Of a stretch of DNA of 64,000 bases, positions 8,090-17,619 are shown piece after piece. The position numbers and the translations under genes are program-made. A model generated the notes under the pieces. It searched no databases. It saw only the letters and a list, made by a program, of their open reading frames with translations, and was not told the origin of the DNA. Positions within the stretch are counted from its first letter, which is position 1. Every line of letters starts with the position of its first letter. Location of the stretch: NCBI GenBank assembly GCA_963801165.1, contig CAWDDT010000011.1:288001-352000 (forward strand), given 5' to 3'. The stretch is from an uncultured bacterium (lineage in GTDB: Bacteria; Actinomycetota; Acidimicrobiia; Spongiisociales; UBA5794).

Positions 8090-9892
8090 TCACCGCTGCA
8101 TGTAGTTGTCGCGGAGGGATCGCCGCATCACTTTGGCCGACGCAGTCCGGGGCAGCTCCGCCAGCGCAACGACGTCGGAGATCTTGAACAGCGGGTTCAG
8201 GACCTCTCTGATGCGGTGCTGCATCTCCCCGGTCACCGCACTCACGTCCGAACCGGTGTCGAGCACGACATACATCACCAGCGAGCTCGGGCCACCCCCC
8301 GGCGGGTCGACCGCGATGGCGGCCGACTCGATAAGACCGGGACTGCCCATCACGGCCCTCTCGATCTCCGCGGAGCCGACCTTGATCCCGCCGAGATTCA
8401 TCGCGTCGTCGACCCGGCCCTGAGCCCGGAACCGACCGCCGGGGAGGCGCTCGATCCGGTCGCCGTGGCGGCGTAGCCTCACCCCGGCGACTGCGGGTGT
8501 CCCTGAGTAGTAGACCATGTCGTGGTCCCGGTTGAGCAATTCGGTGGACAGCCCCATAGCGGGCGGCTCGATGAACAACTCGCCGATATCGGCCGGATCG
8601 CCGTTCTCATCGAGAATGTGAATCGCGCCGCCGACGGTCGGCGTCGTGAACGTCGACGGCGTGCACGGCTGCAGGACCGTGCCGCTCATGTAGCCCCCCG
8701 CGAGTTCGGTGCCACCGATGTACTCCATGATCGGCTTATTGCCGGCGAGATCCATCAGGTACGCCATGTCCGAGGAGTTGGATGCCTCCCCGGTCGAGCT
8801 GAACAACCGGATCCGAGACCAGTCATACGGCTCGGCGACGCCCGAAGAGCGCCACGAGGCGACGAGAGAGGGAACCACCCCGAGGATCGTCACCCCGGCC
8901 GCTTCGACAAACCGGGCGAATCCCGCGCCCGCGGGGACGTCATCGTGCAGGGCCATTGTTGCCCCGTTGATAAGCGTCGCATAGATCAGCCATGGCCCCA
9001 TCATCCATCCCAGGTTGGTCGGCCACGCCACCGTGTCCCCGGGATGGATGTCCTGGTGAAAGTGCCCATCCGACGCGGCTTTGATCGGTGCCGTATGGGT
9101 CCACGGGATCGCTTTGGGGTCACCAGTCGTCCCTGAGGAGAAGAGAATGTTGCTGTGATCCCCCGGATCACAGGGCACAGCCGCAAAGCCGTCGTCCACC
9201 GCCAGGAACTCATCCCACCACCGGTCGCCGGGTCGCAGCTTCGTGCCGGCACCCGTCGTGACCACGACGGCTCGCCCGGCTCCGGCTGCTACCACCTTCT
9301 CGTACATGGGGAGCGTCTTGCCACCTCTTCGGATGACATCCTGGGTGACCACGAGGTCCGTGCCGGCGATACGCAGCCGTGTCTGGATCTCCATCGGCGC
9401 AAAGCTGTCGGCAATCGATACGACAACGCCACCCGCCAGCACGATTCCCAGGTAGGCGACGACCGACTCGGGGCTCATCGACATGGCGATGGCCACCCGT
9501 TCACCAGGACCGACACCACTCTGGCGCAAGCCGTTGGCAAAACGGTTTGCCTGCCGACGCAGCTCCTCGTAGGTGAGCCGATGCAGATCTCCCCCTCGGC
9601 TGGAGACGATCGCAACGGCGATTCGATCGGCCTGAAAGCACGACTCGGCGATGTTCAGCGTGGCTCCGGCCAGCCACCGCGGATGCTGCGGGGTGCCGTT
9701 GAGGATCACGTTCGCCGGCTCACTGAGGACAATGCCGAGACGCTCCGTCGTGTAGCCCCAGAACTCCCCCCGCTGCGCGGCCGACCATGTGTAGAAGTCG
9801 TCGTACGTGCCCAGACCGAGTTCGCTCATGGCATCGGTCAGATTTGCGGCCGCGATCACATCTGCGCCGGGAAACCAGCGAGCTTCATCCAT
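8090..9892 (-). CDS. AMP-dependent acyl-CoA synthetase (acetate/acetoacetate-CoA ligase-like)
   Basis: LNIAESC, ILFSSGTTGDPKAIPW, WPTNLGWMMGPW, STGEAS, GGTELAG, GRVDDAMNLGGIK, LPRTASAKVMRR. Confidence 0.88.
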   Translation of the reverse strand: MDEARWFPGADVIAAANLTDAMSELGLGTYDDFYTWSAAQRGEFWGYTTERLGIVLSEPANVILNGTPQHPRWLAGATLNIAESCFQADRIAVAIVSSRGGDLHRLTYEELRRQANRFANGLRQSGVGPGERVAIAMSMSPESVVAYLGIVLAGGVVVSIADSFAPMEIQTRLRIAGTDLVVTQDVIRRGGKTLPMYEKVVAAGAGRAVVVTTGAGTKLRPGDRWWDEFLAVDDGFAAVPCDPGDHSNILFSSGTTGDPKAIPWTHTAPIKAASDGHFHQDIHPGDTVAWPTNLGWMMGPWLIYATLINGATMALHDDVPAGAGFARFVEAAGVTILGVVPSLVASWRSSGVAEPYDWSRIRLFSSTGEASNSSDMAYLMDLAGNKPIMEYIGGTELAGGYMSGTVLQPCTPSTFTTPTVGGAIHILDENGDPADIGELFIEPPAMGLSTELLNRDHDMVYYSGTPAVAGVRLRRHGDRIERLPGGRFRAQGRVDDAMNLGGIKVGSAEIERAVMGSPGLIESAAIAVDPPGGGPSSLVMYVVLDTGSDVSAVTGEMQHRIREVLNPLFKISDVVALAELPRTASAKVMRRSLRDNYMQR

Positions 9893-9935
9893 GGAGCCTC
9901 CGGGGACCTATCGGTGAGAAGGCTAGCGGTGGGTG

Positions 9936-11540
9936 TCAGGAACCGAGGAGAGCCAGCTCCTGCTCGACGTCGGCGCCGTCGGCAGCGGCGGAAAGCCGCA
10001 ACCGGAACTTGGTCCAGCCCTCTTCGCGCACTCAGTCGAGATCCCCGCCCATGAGCCGGGCCAGCAGACGGCTGACGTAGAGGCCGATACCGACCCCGCT
10101 CGGTGAGCGGGAGGCCACGTCCTCGGTTTGCTCGTAAGGCTCGAAGATGCGCTCGTGGTCCTCGGCGGCGAGATTCCCGTCATCGGCGACCACGACTGTG
10201 AGCCAGCTGCCGTCGAGGCCGGCGTCGACAGTGATTGTGCCACCGCCGTAGCGAACGGCGTTCTCGAGCAGGTTGCGCAGGATCTGACGAAGCCTCGTTG
10301 TTTCGGCGTATGCGGGCAGATCCGCGGCGCGGCTCACGACCCGGTGCCTCCCCTCATCCGCCAGTGACCCAATGGCGTACTCAACATGTGCCTGCAGCCG
10401 CGTACTCTCCATCGCCAGCCGCAACCGCGACGGGTCGGAACGCGCTGCGACCAGCAGGTCCTCCACGATGTTGGCCGCCTCGACCGCCTGCTCGGTCATC
10501 ATCAGCATCACGTCTTGACGCTCCTGCTCGTCGAAGTCGTTCCAACGGGGACCCAGTTCGGAGGCCACTCCGAGCACGACGGTGAGCGGAGTTCGCAGTT
10601 CGTGGCTCACAGTGGCAAGGAACCGGTCCTTGCTCTCATTCAGGTCCTGGGCGAGACGCAACCTCTCGGCGAGGCCCTCCGATCTGGCCTTTGCCATCCG
10701 ACCCATCCATACCAGCAGCAAGGCGACCACGATCCCCGTGGCGAGCACGAGTATCACGATCCACGGCGATTGGGCGAAGTGGAAGTCTTCGCCGGGACGA
10801 ACCACCAACTCGAGCGCCCGCTTGGTCCCGTCCGGGCTACGTATCTCTTCGAGTTCAGAGGCGGGTTCGCCCATCGAAAGCACCAACTCGTTGCCGAAGC
10901 GGACGTCGATCACATCTACTGCGTATTGACCCTCCCCGGCCGCCTCCACAGCCGACGAAAGCATCCGGTCCGGACGGAAGGCCACACCAATGAGTTGGGG
11001 CCCGGCATCACCGTCGATCGGCATAGCAACGATGTAGTCAAGCCGTCCGCTGTCATCGGCGACGAGCGGTTGGCTGAAGAAGACATCTCCCGCTTCCTGC
11101 AGCTCCCTGAACTCGCCTAGTGAGATCTTGATGTCCGGGATCTCGAAGTTCACACTCGACAGCAGCGGAGAGCCGACGTCGAGCAGGGGCGCCCCCTTCC
11201 CGGCTCCGCTGGCGTCCACCGGGTAGGTGACAACGGCCAACAGCGAAGTGAGCACGGAGATATCGATCTCATTGACGACTGCCATGAGGTCGATCTCATC
11301 GATGGGCTGGCCGGCGAGGCTCTGTGTCCCGGTGCCGGCGAGTTGAAGAATGCGAATCTGCTCCTCGACGTTCGACTGGATCGCATGCGCACCGCGGCTC
11401 AGCGTATCCCGGTCGGACTTCAGAGCAGTGGCGTTCAGCCAGACCGCGACAAGGCCGCTGCCGAGGACGACGAGCAGCGCGGCCACCAACCACGGAAGCG
11501 TCTGTCCCACCGAACTGCTGGTAACCCGGGGACGGAACAT
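9936..11540 (-). CDS. Membrane sensor histidine kinase with an in-frame TGA at 10032-10034, 32 codons before the natural-looking end
   Basis: Two TM helices, H-box FLATVSHELRTPLT, N-box QILRNLLENAVRYG, G2 GVGIGLYVSR. The frame continues past the TGA as VREEGWTKFRLRL..., the last HATPase strand. Confidence 0.8.
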
Positions 11541-11566
11541 GCCTGTCCATGTTGGCAGATACGGGC

Positions 11567-11609
11567 GGGTGCTAAGGGTTTGGGTGCTAAGGGTTGGGTG
11601 CTAAGGGTT
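11567..11609. repeat. Short tandem repeat GGGTGCTAAGGGTT(T) x3
   Basis: Three 14-15-bp copies between the divergent histidine kinase and LLM oxidoreductase genes. Confidence 0.85.
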
Positions 11610-11710
11610 GGGTTGGACAGACGCCATCCGATTGCTCGAGAGCCAGGGTCGACACCGGGCCGGGTCCCGGTATCCAACGACGAAGGAGCAGACACTGCCA
11701 AAATGCTGTC

Positions 11711-12622
11711 GTGGAATATGCCATTCAGACCGCTGCAGACAACTACGCCGGGTTCCTCGAGGCAGCCCGTTGGGCCGAGCGCAAGGAACTGGCCGCCTTC
11801 GCCATACCTGATCACTACCTATACGGGACCGATGCTGCGCAGAGCGGGCCGGCATACGACGCCTTTGCGGTGATGGCCGGTCTCGCCAGAGAGACGGCCA
11901 CAATCGAGCTGGTGATCCTTGTCTCACCGATTACCTTTCGCCACCCCTCTGTCATCACAAAGAACGTCGCCACGATCCAGGAGATGGCCGGCGGGCGTTT
12001 CAAGCTGGGACTGGGGACCGGCTGGCTAGAGCAGGAGCACACTCAGTTCGGCATCGACTTCCCGGAGAGAGGCGAGCGGTTCGCCAGGCTCGAGGAGGCG
12101 CTGGGGTACCTGCGTGCGGCATTCGCCGAGCCTCCGGCCGGCTTCTCCGGTGAGTATTACAAGTTCCAGGGATTCGACATCCAGCCGCGACCAAACCTGA
12201 AACTGGTGGTCGGGGGCACCGGAGCCGTCAAGACACCACAGCTCGCCGGCAGGTACGCCGATGAGCTGAACGCCTACCCGGCGATTCCCAACGAGTATGC
12301 CGCCAGGATCGAACGGGCCCGCAGCGCAGCAGTAGCAGCGGGCCGGGACCCCGCGTCCCTGCTGATCTCCAGCTCCGGGCAGATAGTCGCGGCCGACACG
12401 GAACAGCGTTACCACGAGCTCATGGAGGAGATCGCAGCCGAGCACGGCACGTCGGCAGACAAGCTCGAACAAGAGGCGGCAAGACGCAACGCGCCCCGAG
12501 GGACCTGGCAGCAGGTCCGGGACATCATGGCGGGCATGCAGGACGCCGGGATGAGCCGGTTCTACTTCCAGGGCAGATTCGATCCAGACGCGATCGAGTT
12601 GCGTCTCGAGAAGCTCATGTAG
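11711..12622 (+). CDS. LLM-class (luciferase-like, possibly F420-dependent) oxidoreductase
   Basis: PDHY, LARETATIEL..LVSPITFRHP, GGRFKLGLGTGW..EH..FG, VVGGTG..KT..LA.RYADE.N; GTG start at 11711. Confidence 0.85.
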   Translation: MEYAIQTAADNYAGFLEAARWAERKELAAFAIPDHYLYGTDAAQSGPAYDAFAVMAGLARETATIELVILVSPITFRHPSVITKNVATIQEMAGGRFKLGLGTGWLEQEHTQFGIDFPERGERFARLEEALGYLRAAFAEPPAGFSGEYYKFQGFDIQPRPNLKLVVGGTGAVKTPQLAGRYADELNAYPAIPNEYAARIERARSAAVAAGRDPASLLISSSGQIVAADTEQRYHELMEEIAAEHGTSADKLEQEAARRNAPRGTWQQVRDIMAGMQDAGMSRFYFQGRFDPDAIELRLEKLM

Positions 12623-12634
12623 AAAGGTAAGGGG

Positions 12635-13804
12635 ATGGAAGAGGTGCCTGATTCGATCACCACACCGTCGGTGGGGTGGTATCGCGTGTGGCTTCCCCGC
12701 CTAACTGTGGGCACCATCACGGTGCTTATCGCCATCTACGGGAGCACCTGGATCGTCGGGAACACATCCGGGTTCATGATCACCCTGGTGATCTCGGTCT
12801 TTGCCGCTTTTGCAATGCTCCCTGCGGTCGAAGCCCTCAGCAATCGTGGTTGGCGTCGCGGCCTGGCGACTGCGCTGGTCATGATCGTGACCGCGGCATT
12901 CGGCGTCGTGTTCGCATATGCCCTGATCAACGTGGCCGTGGGTGAGACGATCAAGCTGGTCGGCCAGGTCCCCTCCTACATCCGATCGCTGGTGTCCTGG
13001 GCAAACCGCACCTTCGACGTGCAGATCTCCAGCGACCAGATCATCTCGGACATCACCGCCGATCAGCAACGTCTCCAGGCCCTTTCCACAAACGCAGTCA
13101 GTGGCGTCCTCGGTCTTGCCTCCACAGCGGTCGGCTTGCTGTTCCAGCTGCTGACGATCGGCCTGTTCGTCTTCTACATCCTGGCGGATCTACCCAGGCT
13201 GCGGGCAGCCATCCTGCGCAGAATGCCACCCGAGCAGCAACAACACGTCGACACCATCACCGCGATCACCATCGAAAAGGTGGGTGGCTACGTCTATTCG
13301 CGCAGCCTCCTTGCTGTGTCCTCGACCATATTCCACTTTGTGGCGTTCACCTGGATCGGCGTCCCCTATGCGTTCGCCCTCTCGCTGTGGGTGGGAATCG
13401 TCTCGCAGTTCGTCCCGACCGTTGGCACGTACATCGCGGGGGCGTTTCCACTGCTGATCGCTCTGGCCGAAAAGCCATTCGACGCCTTCCTCGTGCTGAT
13501 CGCGATCCTCGCCTATCAGCAAGTCGAGAACTACCTACTGTCGCCACGGATCACCGCCAACACCATGAATCTGCACCCGGCCGTCGCATTTGGCGCGGCC
13601 ATCGTCGGGGCGTCGCTACTCGGCGGCGTGGGTGCGCTGCTGGCGCTGCCGGTGGCCGCGACAATCGTCGCCATGGTCCAGACCTACGGCGACCACTACG
13701 AACTGATCCACTCGGAGCACATCGAGAGCCCGGAACAGTACAAAGAGCGCATGCGTGAGAGCGCCGAACAGAGGGCTGCACGTCGCGCGAAACGCCGCTC
13801 CTGA
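12635..13804 (+). CDS. AI-2E (PerM) family transporter
   Basis: Multi-TM protein with FVPTVGTYIAGAFP, YQQVENYLLSPRI, LHPAV...GALLALPVAA. Confidence 0.9.
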   Translation: MEEVPDSITTPSVGWYRVWLPRLTVGTITVLIAIYGSTWIVGNTSGFMITLVISVFAAFAMLPAVEALSNRGWRRGLATALVMIVTAAFGVVFAYALINVAVGETIKLVGQVPSYIRSLVSWANRTFDVQISSDQIISDITADQQRLQALSTNAVSGVLGLASTAVGLLFQLLTIGLFVFYILADLPRLRAAILRRMPPEQQQHVDTITAITIEKVGGYVYSRSLLAVSSTIFHFVAFTWIGVPYAFALSLWVGIVSQFVPTVGTYIAGAFPLLIALAEKPFDAFLVLIAILAYQQVENYLLSPRITANTMNLHPAVAFGAAIVGASLLGGVGALLALPVAATIVAMVQTYGDHYELIHSEHIESPEQYKERMRESAEQRAARRAKRRS

Positions 13805-13841
13805 TCGACTTACCCGGACCGGGCTCTACTCTCTGTCGTTC

Positions 13842-15377
13842 ATGAACGTAAGCGTCAGCGGCCCTCTCCGTGTAGCCATCATCGTGTTCGGCGCGCTCGC
13901 GGCCGCCGCCGCCGGGACCCTGGCGCTGTTCACGATCGGCGAGACCTACGCCGTCGTCACAGCTACAACGATTGCCGCCAGCTCTGTGATCATCGCCTTC
14001 ACCGCTCCCGTCGTCCTCGGCCGAGTCGTGGTCGTCGCGCTCATTGCTGCACTCGCTGGGAGCGTGGTCATCGGCGGATACGGTGCGGCCCAGATCCTGG
14101 CCGCGCTCACCGCGGGCAACACCGGACCGGTCGATGCGCCCGACGCGACACGACTGGCGACGGCACAAAACAAGATCGACCAATCGAACGGATCGTCGTC
14201 GTTTCAGGTGACGCTGACCGAGGACGAGTTGAACGCGGTTCTCCTCGACGCGCTCGCCGACACGGACACGCCGTTCCAGCGAGTGTCCATCGATATCGTC
14301 AACTCGGTCGGTGAAACTCCGCTCATCGCGTTCGCCGGCAGGTTCAAGGGCGGAGACCTGACCGTGACCGGTGAGGTGACAGCCCGGGTGACCGGGGGCC
14401 GGGTCGATATCGAGCTGCTCCATGCGGACATCGGCATGTTCACCATGCCGGCTGTTGCCATGAACGCCGTTCAGGACATGATCGGTAGGGTCGCCGACCT
14501 CAATCGTGCCCTGGCGAAAGACGGTGCCGACATACAACAGGTCATCATCGGTGACGACCAGGTGTCGGTCTCCGGTGTCAGCCTGGGCGGCACAGAGGTC
14601 GACGCCTCGACGATGCTGGCGGCCTTCGGCGACCTGAGCGGTTTGACCACCAGCGCCGTCGACCCGGTGCATTACGACCCGGGGGTCAACACGGCGACCG
14701 CCGAGGGGAGCCCTATCTATCTGGCGCTGGGCGACTCGCTTGCCGCCGCCACCGGGGTCGACGGGTACGCCGAGGGCTACGTCTCGCAGGTTCATCGAGA
14801 GCTGAGCCTGCGCGACGGTGCGGTCTACGGTCTCCAGAATCTCGGGGCTGTGGGAGAAACCTCGGGGACGATGCTCAGCGGGGGCCAGCTCGACCAGGCC
14901 GTCGCCGCCGGCCAGGACAACGACGTCGCATACGTGACCATCGACATCGGAGCAAACGATCTGCTTGGTCACCTGGGATCGGAGGACTGCAGCGCGGACA
15001 TCACCGCCGCGACGTGCCGGGCAGGTATCGATCTATCACTAGATGCGTATCGCAGAAACATCGACGCGATCTTCGCCACGCTTCGGGATGCGTTCCCGGA
15101 CGCCACCATCGTCTTTCTCGAGGCCTACAACCCGTTCTCCCTGGGGTTCGAGGGCCGGGTCGAGTTCGAGACGGTCAGCGACGAGGCCCTCAACTCCTTG
15201 AACCAGCTCGCAGTTGAGGCCGCATCGAGATACCAGATCACGGTTGCCGATGGATTCACACCCATGCAAAACACGGCTGCGGCGACGACCCACATGACAT
15301 CCGTTCCCCCCGACATCCATCCCAACGAGCTGGGCTACGACATTCTCACCCAGGCGATCATGTCGGCCCTGGGCTGA
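13842..15377 (+). CDS. Membrane-anchored SGNH/GDSL hydrolase with an N-terminal DUF2993/LmeA-like region
   Basis: Three N-terminal TM segments; SGNH blocks LALGDSL, NLGAVGETS, IGANDL, DIHPNELGY. ATG at 13842 chosen. Confidence 0.8.
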   Translation: MNVSVSGPLRVAIIVFGALAAAAAGTLALFTIGETYAVVTATTIAASSVIIAFTAPVVLGRVVVVALIAALAGSVVIGGYGAAQILAALTAGNTGPVDAPDATRLATAQNKIDQSNGSSSFQVTLTEDELNAVLLDALADTDTPFQRVSIDIVNSVGETPLIAFAGRFKGGDLTVTGEVTARVTGGRVDIELLHADIGMFTMPAVAMNAVQDMIGRVADLNRALAKDGADIQQVIIGDDQVSVSGVSLGGTEVDASTMLAAFGDLSGLTTSAVDPVHYDPGVNTATAEGSPIYLALGDSLAAATGVDGYAEGYVSQVHRELSLRDGAVYGLQNLGAVGETSGTMLSGGQLDQAVAAGQDNDVAYVTIDIGANDLLGHLGSEDCSADITAATCRAGIDLSLDAYRRNIDAIFATLRDAFPDATIVFLEAYNPFSLGFEGRVEFETVSDEALNSLNQLAVEAASRYQITVADGFTPMQNTAAATTHMTSVPPDIHPNELGYDILTQAIMSALG

Positions 15378-15468
15378 GCCGACTCCTTCTTTGCGAGAAA
15401 CCGGGAACCTACCGGCGTGATCGCGACATCAGAGAGAGTGACAGCCAGGAAGCAACGGGGAGTCACCC

Positions 15469-17505
15469 ATGAAACGCCTCATCATCACCACTGCAGCCCT
15501 CATGATGCTCGTCGCCGCATGCTCGGCGGCCGACGACACCGCGACGACAACGTCGCTGGGCAACACCACACGACCGCCGATCGCGGCCCAGACGGTGTCG
15601 TACGGTCTGCGGGCGTTCAATGCGTGTGACGGCTTCCTCTCGTATGTCAAAGACCACGCCGTCGATCTGGTCGGGCCGTACGGCTTCGACAACGGGTACT
15701 GGGGTGGGCCGGTGATCATGCGCGACATGGCTATGGCCGAGACGACCGCTGCTGCCGATTCCGGCGTGGCTCCGACCGCGTCCGGAGCCGCTGCGCCGCA
15801 AGCCGGCGTTGACTATTCCGGAACCAATCTCCAGGAGCTCGGCGTCGACGAGCCCGACATCGTCAAGACCGATGGCAAGCGAATCGTCGCCATCAGCAAC
15901 AACACGCTGTTTGTCGTCGACGCCACCGGTGCGGAGCCCCGTCTTGCCGGGCGGACGACCATCGACGTGGGCTGGGCCAACGATATGTTCCTGTACGGCG
16001 ACAAGGTCCTGGTCATGGCGTACGGTGACAGCTACGCAACGCCGATGATGGATCAGCCGATCGGGGGTGACCCGGGTCGCTACGTCCCCTCTACACCAAC
16101 CACGACATTGGTCGAGATCGACATCTCCAACATCGAGCGACCTGCCGTCGAGAGAGTCATGCATGTCGACGGCTCCGAGGTCAGCGCCCGCATGGTCGAC
16201 GGCACGGTCCGTCTGGTTGTCAGCTCCTACCCCACCGGCCTCAAGTTCCAGTACCCAGACACCAATGGGCTCAAGGCCGAGCGGGATGCCGAGGCGTACA
16301 ACCGCCAGGTAGTACTCGACTCGACGATCGACAACTGGGTCCCGTACTACATCGTCGAGGACTCGAGGGGCAACGTGCTCCACGAGGGCAGCCTCCTCGA
16401 CTGCTCAAGCGCTCATCATCCCGAGGAGTTCTCGGGGATCGAGATGCTCAACGTCGTCACCATCGACATGGCTGGCCAGATGGCCGTCAAGGATGCCGTC
16501 GGCGTGCTCGCTTCCGGAAACATCGTGTACTCGTCCGACAAGGCCATGTACATCGCCTCGGAGGCGTGGCGCAACTGGAGTGCCCTCACCGACGCCGAGG
16601 CCGAGGACGCCATCAACAACCATCAGACGGACATCCACAAGTTCGATATCAGTAATCCCGACAAGACGACCTATGTGGCCACCGGACGGGTCGACGGGTT
16701 CATGCTCAGCCAGTGGTCGATGGATGAGTATCAGGGCAACCTCAGGGTCGCCACCACCTCGTCCCCGGATTGGTGGTCGGGAGCCACCCGCAACGCGGAG
16801 AGCTTCGTCACCGTGCTCGAGGAAAAGAACGGCGAGCTGGCCGAGGTCGGGCGGGTCGGTGGCCTGGGCGACGGGGAGCGGATCTACGCAGTGCGATTCT
16901 TCGACGACGTCGGTTACGTGGTGACGTTCCAGCAGACCGATCCGCTGTACACGATCGACCTGTCCGATCCCGCCAACCCTGCGGTCGTCGGCGAGCTCGA
17001 GCTGCTCGGCTACTCGGCCTACCTGCATCCGGTCGGCGATGGGCTGTTGCTAGGGGTCGGTCAGGATGCCACCGACGAGGGCCGGACGCTGGGCACCCAG
17101 GTCTCGCTGTACGACGTGAGCGACCCGGCGCACCCGACCCGGATCCAGAATTACACCTTCGACAACGGGTACTCGAGCGTCGAGTGGGATCACCACGCCT
17201 TTCTCTACTGGCCACAGACCGGTCTGACCGTGATCCCGGTCTCCGCCTACAACTGGGACGAGAAGACGGGAGCCGAGAGCGGTTTCGTCGGAGCTGTCGC
17301 TCTGCGCGTCACCAAGGACGGCATTGAGGAAATGGGTCGCATCACCCACACGCCAGACGGTGTCGATTCACCCGACTACTGGGGACCCGGCATCGAGCGG
17401 TCAATGGTCATCGGCGACAGCCTCTACACCTACTCGAACGACGGGATCCTCAGAAGCGATCTCGACACTGTCGAACCCGGCGAGTTTGTGAACTTCTGGT
17501 CCTGA
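15469..17505 (+). CDS. Lipoprotein of the secreted Beta_propel family
   Basis: Lipobox LVAAC; signatures YSGTNLQELGVDEPDIVKTDG, SMDEYQGNLRVATT, ERIYAVRF, VVTFQQTDPLY, GYSAYLHP. Confidence 0.88.
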   Translation: MKRLIITTAALMMLVAACSAADDTATTTSLGNTTRPPIAAQTVSYGLRAFNACDGFLSYVKDHAVDLVGPYGFDNGYWGGPVIMRDMAMAETTAAADSGVAPTASGAAAPQAGVDYSGTNLQELGVDEPDIVKTDGKRIVAISNNTLFVVDATGAEPRLAGRTTIDVGWANDMFLYGDKVLVMAYGDSYATPMMDQPIGGDPGRYVPSTPTTTLVEIDISNIERPAVERVMHVDGSEVSARMVDGTVRLVVSSYPTGLKFQYPDTNGLKAERDAEAYNRQVVLDSTIDNWVPYYIVEDSRGNVLHEGSLLDCSSAHHPEEFSGIEMLNVVTIDMAGQMAVKDAVGVLASGNIVYSSDKAMYIASEAWRNWSALTDAEAEDAINNHQTDIHKFDISNPDKTTYVATGRVDGFMLSQWSMDEYQGNLRVATTSSPDWWSGATRNAESFVTVLEEKNGELAEVGRVGGLGDGERIYAVRFFDDVGYVVTFQQTDPLYTIDLSDPANPAVVGELELLGYSAYLHPVGDGLLLGVGQDATDEGRTLGTQVSLYDVSDPAHPTRIQNYTFDNGYSSVEWDHHAFLYWPQTGLTVIPVSAYNWDEKTGAESGFVGAVALRVTKDGIEEMGRITHTPDGVDSPDYWGPGIERSMVIGDSLYTYSNDGILRSDLDTVEPGEFVNFWS

Positions 17506-17520
17506 ACTCCGCCGATATCG

Positions 17521-17557
17521 GAAGGGGCGGTCCCGCAACTGTGGGACCGCCCCCTTC
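17521..17557 (+). terminator. Intrinsic terminator-like hairpin
   Basis: GAAGGGGCGGTCCC-N8-GGGACCGCCCCCTTC just after the stop at 17505. Confidence 0.7.
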
Positions 17558-17619
17558 TCGATCTCGATCACAGCAATAGCGGGGGAGGAAAGCTCTGCCA
17601 CGTGCCACAATGAGCCGCC

